This document shows, piece by piece, positions 48,893 through 57,440 of a stretch of DNA of 64,000 nucleotides. Where the stretch lies: positions 1-64,000 of the forward strand of contig JBEGVH010000020.1 of the NCBI GenBank assembly GCA_041178425.1. The letters are read 5' to 3'. This DNA is from Pseudomonadota bacterium (GTDB taxonomy: Bacteria; Bdellovibrionota; Bdellovibrionia; Bdellovibrionales; Bdellovibrionaceae). The stretch's first letter is position 1. The number at the start of each line of letters is the position of its first letter. The translations under genes and the position numbers were made by a program. The notes beneath the pieces are model-generated. The model was not told the DNA's origin. It saw only the letters and a list, made by a program, of their open reading frames with translations, and ran no database searches.

Positions 48893-49678
48893 ATGAGTAA
48901 CCCCTTTGACCAACAAAAAGCGATCCCTGGAGTTCAGAAAATTATCGCCGTTAGCTCGGGCAAAGGAGGGGTTGGCAAGAGCACTGTAGCCACCAATCTC
49001 GCCCTCGCCCTCGGCCAAAAATTTAAAGTCGGCCTTCTCGACGCCGATATCTATGGCCCGAGTCTTCCACGAATGATGGGAACCCTAAATCAAAAACCGA
49101 CCATCAGTGCCGAGGGAAAAATTGAGCCCATCATTAGGCATGGAATCAAGCTCATGAGCATTGGTTATCTTGTCGAAGAATCGGCGGCTGTCGTCTGGCG
49201 AGGCCCCATGCTCTTTAAAGCCATCGACCAATTTCTGCGTGATGTTCAATGGAGTCCCCTTGATATTCTCGTGATCGACCTGCCACCCGGAACTGGTGAC
49301 ATTCAACTGAGTCTGGCTCAAAAGGTTCCATTGAATGGTGTCGTTGTTGTTTCAACACCGCAAAACATTGCCTTCATCGACGCAAAAAAATCTATCGACA
49401 TGTTTGAACGAGTTCAGGTTCCCAATCTCGGTCTCATCGAAAACATGGCCTATATGATCAACCCAGCCAACGGCGAGCGCATGCAGATTTTTCCTAAAGG
49501 AGAAATCGACGGCTATCTTAAGAGCAAAAAAATTGAAAAACTCGGTGAAATTCCTATGAATCCATCGGTGAGCCTAGCCTGCGAGGCAGGAATTCCGATT
49601 GTGGAAGCGAGCCCCGATGGCGCTGAGGCAAAAGCTTTTTGTGACATTGCTGAAAAAATAGCGGCTAAACTTTTTTAG
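48893..49678 (+). CDS. mrp: Mrp/ApbC/NBP35-family P-loop ATPase (lacks CxxC)
   Basis: GKGGVGKS, DADIYGPS, WRGPM, DLPPGTGD, ENM. Confidence 0.92.
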   Translation: MSNPFDQQKAIPGVQKIIAVSSGKGGVGKSTVATNLALALGQKFKVGLLDADIYGPSLPRMMGTLNQKPTISAEGKIEPIIRHGIKLMSIGYLVEESAAVVWRGPMLFKAIDQFLRDVQWSPLDILVIDLPPGTGDIQLSLAQKVPLNGVVVVSTPQNIAFIDAKKSIDMFERVQVPNLGLIENMAYMINPANGERMQIFPKGEIDGYLKSKKIEKLGEIPMNPSVSLACEAGIPIVEASPDGAEAKAFCDIAEKIAAKLF

Positions 49679-50432
49679 GCTGCGAATGATTTTGCTCCCA
49701 GAACTTGGCGTATTTCAAAAATATGGAATACGCCGCTCCCACCGCAATGATGAATCCCGCTCTTCCATCGAGAAACCCTCGTTTAAAAATATAGAGCTCG
49801 ATAAATTTAACGGGTGGCTTACTGAGAAGTTGCCATAATCCAGCTTGTTTACCCGACTTTCGTAGAGCCTCGGCTCCCAAAGTGGAATAACGATTATTAG
49901 TCGCTATTTGATCGGCCAAATTATCAAATGGGAAATGAAGCAGGTCATTCTTAAGAACCTCTATATTTTCACCGCGAACCGATTCATGCAAATCATCCGC
50001 TGACCACTGTAATTGGCGGCGATTAAATAAGCGAGTTTGATAATCGGGATACCACCCTCCGTGCAGAAGCCATCGACCTAAATGCCAACTTTTCCGCGGA
50101 ATTTTATAACCGGCACGCGCAGGAAACCCATTTTTAAGTAATTGAACTATCTCTTTCTGCAGCTCTGCCCCTAAGGCCTCGTCGGCATCCAAACAAAGAA
50201 CCCAATCATATTGGGCTAGTTCAACCGAGCGGCGCTTTTGAGAACCAAAACCCCTCCACTCTTCATCAAAAACTCTTGCCCCTAGACCTTCGGCCAAGGT
50301 TCGGGTTTCGTCGCTGCTTCCGCTATCTAAAACAACAATATCTGAAGCAAAAGGAACCGACTGAAGACAGCGTTGAATATTGGTCGCTTCATTCAAAGTA
50401 ATTACGCACAAGGAGACTGGGAGTTTTTCCAT
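49665..50432 (-). CDS. Glycosyltransferase family 2 (WaaE/KdtX-like)
   Basis: ITLNE, DSGSSD, LDADE, GWYPDYQ.RLF, GFLDG. Start placed at ATG 50432. Confidence 0.88.
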   Translation of the reverse strand: MEKLPVSLCVITLNEATNIQRCLQSVPFASDIVVLDSGSSDETRTLAEGLGARVFDEEWRGFGSQKRRSVELAQYDWVLCLDADEALGAELQKEIVQLLKNGFPARAGYKIPRKSWHLGRWLLHGGWYPDYQTRLFNRRQLQWSADDLHESVRGENIEVLKNDLLHFPFDNLADQIATNNRYSTLGAEALRKSGKQAGLWQLLSKPPVKFIELYIFKRGFLDGRAGFIIAVGAAYSIFLKYAKFWEQNHSQPKKV

Positions 50433-50630
50433 ACTTTGAGATTTAATAACAAAACCCCCACCCATCAACCCTTTTTATCAAGCACGCTAGGGGAACTGTC
50501 TTTGCTGAAATTCAGAGCCTCCCCTTTAGAACCACGCGTGTCACAAAAAATCTTCTCTTCGCTTTGCTTGTCAAGGGTCGTAGAACTTTGCAAAATGAAA
50601 GCTGATCGTTGCTTTAGGAACAGGAACTCA

Positions 50631-51251
50631 ATGCCGTATTTTAAATCTCTTTTTGTTTATTCAGCTCTCCTATTGGTGCCCGCAATGGCTAGCGCCTACC
50701 TTACCAATGCTGATTCAGGAGAACTGGTTCCTATTGATCAATACCGACTTGTCATCGAACCCCAAGTCTCTCACTTCAACCTAACCGCGCACTTTGATAC
50801 TGGTATTTCAGATTCTTCGCAAATGAGAGTTTCCCTGGGGTCCGGTGAAGACGGCACTCACCTAGACTTCTTTTATAAAAATATTCCCGTTCCGGATTAT
50901 GGCAATCAGCCTGCTATTGGCTACAAGGTGGGAACCATTTTTGCCAGCGATCGAGGAACGAACATCTTTACCGTGCGCTTTATGCCCTTGATTAGCAAAT
51001 CGTACGAGATTAATCAAAATCGCTGGACACCCTACCTTAGCTTACCACTCAGTGTAAGCACCGTGAAAAGCACATCTACAACACCGATCCATGCTGTGAT
51101 TGGCACCGAAGTCACCCTGGAGTCAGCTCCAGATATGCAGTTAGGCTGCGAAATTGGCGCTAACATCAAAGACAGCTTTTCCTACGGATCGGTCTTTATT
51201 AGTTTTTATTTTGAACCACCAGAGAATGTAACTGAAACACGTAATCATTGA
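50631..51251 (+). CDS. Hypothetical secreted protein, possible small outer-membrane beta-barrel
   Basis: AGGA RBS plus ATG 50631 gives a signal peptide (AMASA|Y) and amphipathic strands. The track's longer N-terminus overlaps the GT2 gene. Confidence 0.6.
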   Translation: MPYFKSLFVYSALLLVPAMASAYLTNADSGELVPIDQYRLVIEPQVSHFNLTAHFDTGISDSSQMRVSLGSGEDGTHLDFFYKNIPVPDYGNQPAIGYKVGTIFASDRGTNIFTVRFMPLISKSYEINQNRWTPYLSLPLSVSTVKSTSTTPIHAVIGTEVTLESAPDMQLGCEIGANIKDSFSYGSVFISFYFEPPENVTETRNH

Positions 51252-51273
51252 CGGATTAATGGAGTAACCAACG

Positions 51274-52353
51274 ATGGTCTTATCACTTTTCATGGGCAAC
51301 AGCAAATCAGACATCTACGTCGACCTCGGAACGGTCAACACCAAGCTTGTCGTACGCGATCGAGGTCTAATTATTAATGAACCGTCAGTCATCGCTTATA
51401 CCACCGGTCGACACGGCAAAAAAAACATTGTTGCCGTAGGCAACGATGCGATTGCTCAGGTTAACAAAACCCCAGGGAATTTATTTCTTGGCCGCCCACT
51501 CAAAGAAGGCGTTATTGCCGACGTAGAAACGACAGAGTCAATGCTACGCTATTTTATTTCTCGCCCCGGTATAAGCCGATGGCTGTCGCGACCAAGAATC
51601 ATCGTTTCGATTCCTCATGGCATTAAAAAAATTGAAAAAGAAGCCGTCGTGCATGCGGGTCGCGCTGCTGGAGCGCGCGATGTGGTTCTGGTTGAAGAGC
51701 CTATGGTGGCGGCTATTGGCGCCAATCTTCCTATTCAAGAACCAAAAGGGCAAATGTTAATTGATATCGGCGGAGGCACCTCTGAGGTTGCCATCATTGC
51801 TCTATCTGCGATTGTTTACTGCCAAACTCTTCGTGTTGGCGGCCAACAACTCAATGATGCAATTGTTCTATGGGTTAAAAAGAATAAGAACGCTATCATT
51901 TCTGAAACCGCTGCAGAAGAGCTCAAAATCGAAATCGGTTCTGCCACATTAAAGGAAAGTATCTTATCAAAAAAGATCCAAGCCCGCGATGGTACTTCAG
52001 GTTTATCCATGGATCTCGAGATTACCACAAAAGATATTCATGCAGCCATTAAAGATTGTCTCAGCGACCTGATATTTGGCATAAAGCGCGCCCTTGAGAA
52101 TACCCCTCCAGAGCTTCTCTCTGATATCATCGAAAATGGAATTGTCATTACCGGTGGTGGCAGTCTTTTAAAAGGTATTGATCAAAGAATTCAAGAAGAA
52201 GTTAAAATTAAAGTGAAGCGAACTCCCGATCCACTCACAACAATTGCAAAAGGTGGAGAGAGACTTTTAGGTACACCTGAGCTACTTGAAAATATCGAAC
52301 TCGCGATTGAAGAAGAACACGAGTCTGTCGCGAGGCGCTCGAGCTTTTACTAA
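51274..52353 (+). CDS. mreB: MreB-family actin homologue (orphan paralogue)
   Basis: DLGTVNT, EPSV, RPLKEGVIAD, EEPMVAAIGA, DIGGGTSE, TPPEL, ITGGGSLL. Confidence 0.9.
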   Translation: MVLSLFMGNSKSDIYVDLGTVNTKLVVRDRGLIINEPSVIAYTTGRHGKKNIVAVGNDAIAQVNKTPGNLFLGRPLKEGVIADVETTESMLRYFISRPGISRWLSRPRIIVSIPHGIKKIEKEAVVHAGRAAGARDVVLVEEPMVAAIGANLPIQEPKGQMLIDIGGGTSEVAIIALSAIVYCQTLRVGGQQLNDAIVLWVKKNKNAIISETAAEELKIEIGSATLKESILSKKIQARDGTSGLSMDLEITTKDIHAAIKDCLSDLIFGIKRALENTPPELLSDIIENGIVITGGGSLLKGIDQRIQEEVKIKVKRTPDPLTTIAKGGERLLGTPELLENIELAIEEEHESVARRSSFY

Positions 52354-52356
52354 GAG

Positions 52357-52743
52357 CTAATTATACTCCATAGGCAGGCTCTGAATTTTTTTGATAAACT
52401 CTTCTGCTTGGAAGGGTTTTAGTTGGTACCCCAAAACGCCATCGCTATAATAGTGGCGCAACTCATTTTCAACAAGATCACCGGTAAGAAAGAAGAAAGG
52501 GGTTTTAAACCCCCGACTTCTTAAATCTTTTAGCAAACTAATTCCAGACCCACCGGGCATATTCAGATCTGAAATGATAAGATCAATCACCTGCCCCAGA
52601 TCTTTTTGGCTTGAAACTGTCGCTAGCGCCTCAGCCGCTGAGTGAGCGGCGAAACATTCAAATCCCTCGTCTGAAAGCAAATCAACCATAATTTCGCACA
52701 AATCAGGCTCATCATCGACAATCAAAAGAGTTCTTTTTTTCAT
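52357..52743 (-). CDS. Single-domain response regulator (CheY-like)
   Basis: LIVDDE, ISDLNMP, LTG, KPF. Confidence 0.88.
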   Translation of the reverse strand: MKKRTLLIVDDEPDLCEIMVDLLSDEGFECFAAHSAAEALATVSSQKDLGQVIDLIISDLNMPGGSGISLLKDLRSRGFKTPFFFLTGDLVENELRHYYSDGVLGYQLKPFQAEEFIKKIQSLPMEYN

Positions 52744-52762
52744 AGCGCCATCCTCCGCTCAA

Positions 52763-53365
52763 TTATTTTACCTTGTTAGCCTCGCCTTCGATCGTTACAT
52801 CAACCTCTTCGCCAACAACAACACCAGCCGCTTTTGCCATTGGCTTATTCCAGGTGATGTTAAAGTCTTTACGATTGATCTTCGTAGTTGCAGAAAAAAT
52901 AACTTTTTCGTTGCCCCAAGGATCTACGGCTGCTCCCTTGTAGTCTACATTGAGAACCACCGGCTTTGTGATACCATTGAGCGTAAGATCGCCTACTAGC
53001 TTATCGATCGCCTTCTTTTTCATTTTTACTTCTTTCATGACAAACGTCATGTAACGCTTAGCTTCGACAAGTTCGCCCTTAGCATCGCGAACACCAAAAA
53101 AATCAGGATTCTTAAGGTGCTCGTCACGCTTAGGATCGTTTGTGTTTACGGAATCAAGATCAATTTTTACATCAACCTTTGAAAGAGAATTGGCTTTTTC
53201 ATCAAAATCAATATCTCCTTCAAATTTATCAAAACGCCCATTCACAGTCGCAATAACTAAGTGTTTCACTTTAAAAGTAACACCAGTATGTGAGGCATCT
53301 AATTTGTAGGGGGCCGCAAATAATTTTGTACCCAACAGCAGGGAAGCAATAACAAGAATACGCAT
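52763..53365 (-). CDS. YceI-family periplasmic protein
   Basis: LDASHT.V.F.VKH, RDEHLK..DFF, GDLTLNGITKPV, DPWG, INRKDF. Confidence 0.93.
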   Translation of the reverse strand: MRILVIASLLLGTKLFAAPYKLDASHTGVTFKVKHLVIATVNGRFDKFEGDIDFDEKANSLSKVDVKIDLDSVNTNDPKRDEHLKNPDFFGVRDAKGELVEAKRYMTFVMKEVKMKKKAIDKLVGDLTLNGITKPVVLNVDYKGAAVDPWGNEKVIFSATTKINRKDFNITWNKPMAKAAGVVVGEEVDVTIEGEANKVK

Positions 53366-53467
53366 TTTTTCTCCTTTAATTGATGTTTATACCAAACAGA
53401 ATTAGTCTATTATCAGTGTAAAATCAGATTCAATCTCTAACGCGCAAAATGCACTGCCTAAGAAAAC

Positions 53468-53496
53468 AAAAAGCCCGAAGGATGTCCTAAGGGCTT
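53468..53496 (-). terminator. Putative terminator after the small lipoprotein
   Basis: AAGCCC/GGGCTT stem followed by a T-run on the minus strand. Confidence 0.45.
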
Positions 53497-53536
53497 AAAA
53501 AAGTACTAAACTTGATGACTTTAGATAAAAATTCGT

Positions 53537-53818
53537 TTAATCGGCGACCGAACTCATCTTTAACGAGTGGTAAACGGTGTAGTTTTGGGCCGTACGCGAA
53601 ACCACCTGTCCGAAGGGATGCCCAATCTGCGAGTCAACAATATAGCCACCCGATGTGGTTTGACGATTAGATCCCGCCGTCATCTCGGCTCCGGCTGGCT
53701 TTTTTGTTGAAACCTTAGACTCCTGCTCCTGGGAAACACTCACATCCATGCTACACCCAGAAATAAGGTATGAAAAAGCACTAGCAATCATCAATGTTCT
53801 GAATGTCTGACTTCTCAT
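53537..53818 (-). CDS. Small lipoprotein (93 aa)
   Basis: GAGG RBS plus ATG 53818, lipobox ISGC, two short 'T..GY/NY.V' repeats. Confidence 0.7.
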   Translation of the reverse strand: MRSQTFRTLMIASAFSYLISGCSMDVSVSQEQESKVSTKKPAGAEMTAGSNRQTTSGGYIVDSQIGHPFGQVVSRTAQNYTVYHSLKMSSVAD

Positions 53819-53838
53819 AAAAACCTCGTCTCTAGTAT

Positions 53839-53866
53839 TTATCGGCACAAAAACCCAAACACTTTA
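53839..53866 (-). promoter_or_regulatory. Sigma28/FliA-type promoter of the small lipoprotein
   Basis: TAAAG-N15-GCCGATAA; near-perfect consensus. Confidence 0.8.
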
Positions 53867-54009
53867 GTCGACCCTACAACATCAGAACTGTCTCATAATG
53901 AGTCATTCCAAAATTCAACTTAAATGGAGAATAAGGTTAAGTTTATTTAACTTCCCAGCCTCATTTCGTTATGAAAAATTAACACTAGCAGAAATTTGCT
54001 TTTCTATAA

Positions 54010-54708
54010 GTGGGGAAAAAAGCAATGAGTTCCGAAGACTTTGAAGAACACTCTAACTCGAATCTTTTTGATTTACTGTCTCAAATTGAGGGTGTTGTAA
54101 CTGATTCACCAGCCCATGAATTGACAGAATTGCCAGCAAGCTCGCATAGCTTTGCTATTTACCCGCTCAAAAGCCCCTACTACCGCAAGCTTTGTGTTTT
54201 TAAATTTGATTCGATCGAAGCTTTTAAAGAATTAAATTTTAATCGTGAACAACACAATCTGGCACGCTGTCTTTTTATCTTCGACAAACTCAACTCCAAC
54301 ATAGCTCTGCAATTATTAGAACAAGGGGCTTTTGCTATTTTTCATTCCCAATCTCTTTTTGAGGACGTTCGGAATAAAATTTATTGGTTCTTCTCCCCTG
54401 ACGTACAGATTAGCCTTTTGAAAAATTTTTTCTTAAAAAACATCACGCTTACTAAAATTGAGTCAACTCTTCTTGATGCTTTACTCAGGCAAGGCGCTAA
54501 TGGCCTTACGAGAGCTGATTTAGTAGAGCATTGCTGGCAGGGAGTCAGTGTTCACCACAAGACCCTCGATGTGCACCTTTTTCACCTTAGAAAAAAACTC
54601 GAAAGAAAAAACATATCGATAGACTTTAAGAAAAACCGCTGGGCATTAAAATTTAATCTCCCTACAGATTCTCCATTTTCTGAAGATCAAAATGAGACTC
54701 AAAATTAA
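54010..54708 (+). CDS. OmpR-type winged-helix regulator with degenerate receiver-like N-terminus
   Basis: LTKIE..LL..L...TRADL...W..KTLDVHLFHLRKKL; no canonical phospho-Asp pocket visible. Confidence 0.7.
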   Translation: MGKKAMSSEDFEEHSNSNLFDLLSQIEGVVTDSPAHELTELPASSHSFAIYPLKSPYYRKLCVFKFDSIEAFKELNFNREQHNLARCLFIFDKLNSNIALQLLEQGAFAIFHSQSLFEDVRNKIYWFFSPDVQISLLKNFFLKNITLTKIESTLLDALLRQGANGLTRADLVEHCWQGVSVHHKTLDVHLFHLRKKLERKNISIDFKKNRWALKFNLPTDSPFSEDQNETQN

Positions 54709-54718
54709 AGCTCACTAA

Positions 54719-55912
54719 TCATTTGTAGGCACGCTCAAGGAGCTCATCCACTCTTTCAATGCTGATACTGCTGTTCCAACTTTTTCGATACAAAAGATCT
54801 CGCGGTGGCGGAATAACCAAAAAGTCCGGATGGTCATGGCGCGAGTCCACACCATTTTTAGATTTCACCCAATAACCGTAAGTCACGACCAGATCACCAT
54901 TTGCATCTCTATCTCCCTCCAGGACATAATCGTATTCTCGAACGATTTCTTTAGTGCCAATAAACTTTTTATCAAAACTTTTCAAAGAGTCCGCTAGGTA
55001 TATCCACATTCTAACAAAAACAGCATTTGGCTTATCTGGGATGGCCTCCATTTGATAATTGGCTTTATAAACAGGAAAATTCCAGACTTCCACGCCTGGA
55101 TCGATATCGACAATAAAAGGCTGCTTGCGCTCAAAGAGCTGCACTTCGATCAACCGATGAAACTGCTCCGGAAACACATCCGGATAAATCCATGCATTCT
55201 CCTGCCCAGTAAACTTTTGGCCATAATATTTAAATCCATTTTCATCGGCTGCTTCAATTGTTTTTAGAAGTAGTCCTTTTAACTCACCCACCGTAAACGA
55301 AACGGTATCATGGTGGGAGCTACCCAGAGAGACGGTCACTGGGTGAAGAGGCTCTGGAAAGGTTATGGCTGCAATTGCCCAGGCATCACATAAGCCTTCC
55401 CAAGTGAGCGATTCATCACTAAATTTTTTTCTCTCTTCTGCGGCAGCAGAGGGTGAATTCACTTCTTTGGCCCGCTGATAAAGATCTAACTTAGCTAAGA
55501 TCGATAGGTTTTTATAATCATATCGATTGGCTGCTCTTGAATTATCAAAAAACGTTGCCTCTCTCTTTGGAAACCACCAAGAAGACCAAGGTATAACCAC
55601 TGATTGAGCCATTGGTGACCGGTGAGGAAATTCCCTTTGTTTGATGGTCGTTAATCCAAATTCCCGAGTGACCGCAGTAAGAGAAGGATCATTCAACTCT
55701 TCGATAATTCCCCTCTCTCTTCCGCGAAGATAATCACCTAAATCTTTATACTGATCCTTTTCGGGAGGCCTCGTATCAGAAGGGTCGATTGGATTATAAA
55801 AGGGTCGAGAGACTGACTTCTCGCCTTGCCCACAGGAGACCAAGAAGACACTAACCATTAGGCTAGCTAGAGCTCTCTTTACTTCAATCGGCCAATAAAG
55901 TCTGAAAGTCAC
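54719..55912 (-). CDS. Lipoprotein of the GP42/transglutaminase-elicitor-like family
   Basis: GAGGGG RBS plus GTG, lipobox LVSC, PWSSWWFP, WEGLCDAW, VWNFPV, YDYVLE, HPDF. Confidence 0.72.
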   Translation of the reverse strand: MTFRLYWPIEVKRALASLMVSVFLVSCGQGEKSVSRPFYNPIDPSDTRPPEKDQYKDLGDYLRGRERGIIEELNDPSLTAVTREFGLTTIKQREFPHRSPMAQSVVIPWSSWWFPKREATFFDNSRAANRYDYKNLSILAKLDLYQRAKEVNSPSAAAEERKKFSDESLTWEGLCDAWAIAAITFPEPLHPVTVSLGSSHHDTVSFTVGELKGLLLKTIEAADENGFKYYGQKFTGQENAWIYPDVFPEQFHRLIEVQLFERKQPFIVDIDPGVEVWNFPVYKANYQMEAIPDKPNAVFVRMWIYLADSLKSFDKKFIGTKEIVREYDYVLEGDRDANGDLVVTYGYWVKSKNGVDSRHDHPDFLVIPPPRDLLYRKSWNSSISIERVDELLERAYK

Positions 55913-55937
55913 AAATCCCCCTCAAAACTAAGCAACA

Positions 55938-55970
55938 TCCACGGGACTAACGGAACGTCAGTCCCGTGGA
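55938..55970 (-). other. Strong intercistronic hairpin without a clear U-tract
   Basis: TCCACGGGACT/AGTCCCGTGGA stem, extended through a G-U pair on the minus strand. Confidence 0.7.
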
Positions 55971-55988
55971 CAGGTCTTTAACTCTTTA

Positions 55989-56516
55989 CTAATCCTGCAT
56001 TTTCACATTACAGAAACCGGCTTTTTTTCCGGTCTCCTCTTGTCTCACCGACTGAGGATTTGCAACTTTCAGTGACTCGATATGACCAGCACAAAACTCA
56101 TCGGCAGTGCCTTGATGAGCCATAATTTGCTCACACGTCGTCGACTGCACAGTCTCTAGCGTTTCAATAACTTGTTTGTATTGATCACATCCCGCAGCCT
56201 GAGGCTCCGAAGCCAATTCCGCTGTAACTGGATTCACCTTGTATTTATTTGAAGATACCGACGTCACAACCACCCGTCGTGTTGGCAAAGCCACGCTACT
56301 CTGAGGATCGGCAACCCACTTTGTCTTCAATTCGGTACAAGAAACCTGGATGTTCGACGGGGCCACTTGGTTTTGAAATCGCGCCGGATTGGCGCAGGCT
56401 TCACGAAGCTCTTCAAATTGTAAAATACGTGAATCTGACGGAGCCTGCTCAGAAGCCATAGCATTCATTTGACATAAACCAAGGGTTGCAACACAGATTA
56501 ATAATTGAGTTTTCAT
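55989..56516 (-). CDS. Secreted Gln/Cys-rich hypothetical protein
   Basis: AGGAG RBS, signal peptide (NAMA|S), 6 Cys in the mature region, 17 Gln in total. Confidence 0.75.
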   Translation of the reverse strand: MKTQLLICVATLGLCQMNAMASEQAPSDSRILQFEELREACANPARFQNQVAPSNIQVSCTELKTKWVADPQSSVALPTRRVVVTSVSSNKYKVNPVTAELASEPQAAGCDQYKQVIETLETVQSTTCEQIMAHQGTADEFCAGHIESLKVANPQSVRQEETGKKAGFCNVKMQD

Positions 56517-56816
56517 TTTATACTCCTAATTTAAAATAGTTTATTTTTATTACGGTCTGTCCGAGCTTTTGAAACCAGGTGCTCCTTTCTCTACACCGGA
56601 CTAAATCTCAAACCAGACATCGTCTCAACAAGGTCGAGCGTTAACATCGCACCCAGGGGTAGGCTCTCTTTTTGGGGGAGTATCTGCATATCTTTATAGT
56701 TGCGGGCCATTAGAACCCAAATCGGTGAGACCAAATTATAATTATTTATACATTGGACTCGATTTGATCACTTCTTGATGATATCCTCTTAAGCTGTAGT
56801 CGCTGAGGAGGCTTTT

Positions 56817-57440
56817 ATTTATCATGGAGAACGTCTCAATAGCATTACTCATCTTGTAGGCGCCGCCGCAGCGATTGCCGGTGCCGCCGTTCTTATAACA
56901 AAGGCCAGTCTGCTGGGTGATATTTGGAAGATCGTTGGTAGTTGTGTTTATGGCATCGCAATGGTTCTGTTGTATACAGTGTCGACCCTCTATCATTCCC
57001 TGCAAGGGCGAGCAAAAAAGATTTTTAAAAAGTTAGATCACATTGCCATCTATTTGCTGATCGCCGGCACCTACACCCCTTTTTGTTTGATTGCGCTAAA
57101 AGGAGCCTTAGGCTGGGGACTGCTAATCACCAACTGGGGACTCGCTCTTTTAGGAATTACCTACGAGCTGACTTTAGCAAAGCACACCCGAATACCATCG
57201 ATGATTATTTATGTGGTCATGGGATGGATGATTGTACTTGCACTAAAACCGCTAGCCTTGGCTCTCTCACTGGCTGGAATGGCTTGGTTAACTATTGGTG
57301 GATTGCTCTATACCGGTGGAATTTTCTTTTTCTTATTTGATGATAAGATCAAACACTTTCATGGCATTTGGCACTTGTTTGTTCTTGGTGGGTCAACCTG
57401 CCAATACCTGTGCATTGCTCTTTATCTACTGCCTCTTTGA
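56817..57440 (+). CDS. Hemolysin III / PAQR-family membrane protein (apparent ATT start)
   Basis: (I)YHGERLNSITHLVG, STLYH, DHIAIYLLIAGTYTP, HGIWHLFV. GAGGAGG lies 5 nt before ATT 56817. Confidence 0.88.
   Translation: MYHGERLNSITHLVGAAAAIAGAAVLITKASLLGDIWKIVGSCVYGIAMVLLYTVSTLYHSLQGRAKKIFKKLDHIAIYLLIAGTYTPFCLIALKGALGWGLLITNWGLALLGITYELTLAKHTRIPSMIIYVVMGWMIVLALKPLALALSLAGMAWLTIGGLLYTGGIFFFLFDDKIKHFHGIWHLFVLGGSTCQYLCIALYLLPL

Noticed and set aside
50373..50630. Long N-terminal extension of ORF 50373-51251
   Set aside because: It overlaps the opposite-strand GT2 gene; the RBS and signal peptide fit ATG 50631.
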